Of a stretch of DNA of 64,000 nucleotides, positions 63,701-64,000 are shown piece by piece. The notes below the pieces were generated by a model, which searched no databases, had not been told where the DNA came from, and saw only the letters and a program-made list of their open reading frames with translations. The position numbers were made by a program, and so were the translations under genes. The DNA comes from Azolla caroliniana (taxonomy: Eukaryota > Plantae > Polypodiophyta), in NCBI GenBank assembly GCA_043228905.1, contig JBHGNT010000012.1, positions 18,786,001 through 18,850,000 of the forward strand, read 5' to 3'. Each line of letters opens with the position of its first letter. The stretch's first letter is position 1.

Positions 63701-64000
63701 AGGCAAACGGATTGGCAAAGTCGACTAATAAAATTTTGCAAACAATCCTGAAAAAGATCGTCAATGAGAACTGCACCGATTGGGATGCCAAGATCCATAG
63801 TGCATTATGGGCGTATCGCACCACATTCCAAACGAGCATTTAGTCTACACCCTTTCGGTTGGCCTTTGGTTTGGAAGCAATCATGCCGATCGAGTTCCAA
63901 GTTTTGAGTCTCCGAGTTCAGGTTAAGGAAAGGCTACCCGATGGTCAATTAGAGCAATATCGACTCGAACAACTCCTTGAACTCGGCGAACAACGAGTGG
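60773..64000 (+). pseudogene. Ty3/gypsy pol (protease, RT, RNase H, integrase), probably belonging to element 4; runs off the window
   Basis: [64 protein letters not shown] and [10 protein letters not shown], with many stops. Confidence 0.93.

Overview
Eukaryotic, land-plant genomic DNA; a non-seed plant such as a fern or lycophyte is my inference from the element types, not something proven. About three quarters of the window is transposable elements. One intact-looking host gene is present: a 4-exon RKD-type RWP-RK transcription factor on the minus strand (~21546 to 17581, about 606 aa by my splice model), with GA-repeat and telomere-like motifs upstream. Left of it are: a PPR gene fragment and a decayed hAT transposon inserted into the gag of a chromodomain Ty3/gypsy element, a truncated copia, a LINE 3' half, and older gypsy/copia remnants. 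From ~34.3 kb to the end is one nested cluster rooted in a single LINE. One branch is LINE > copia B > copia C > chromovirus, with LTRs, primer-binding sites and near-matching TSDs visible. The other is LINE > gypsy 3 > gypsy 4 > gypsy 5, ending in a two-protease chimera. No prokaryotic system or true CRISPR locus is present. The most unusual signals are a regularly spaced palindrome array in the chromovirus leader, a tRNA-like Pol III cassette at the start of an LTR, TG...TA LTR ends shared by a family, and repeat/EAR-like features of the RKD protein. All coordinates were read by eye and may be off by a few bases.
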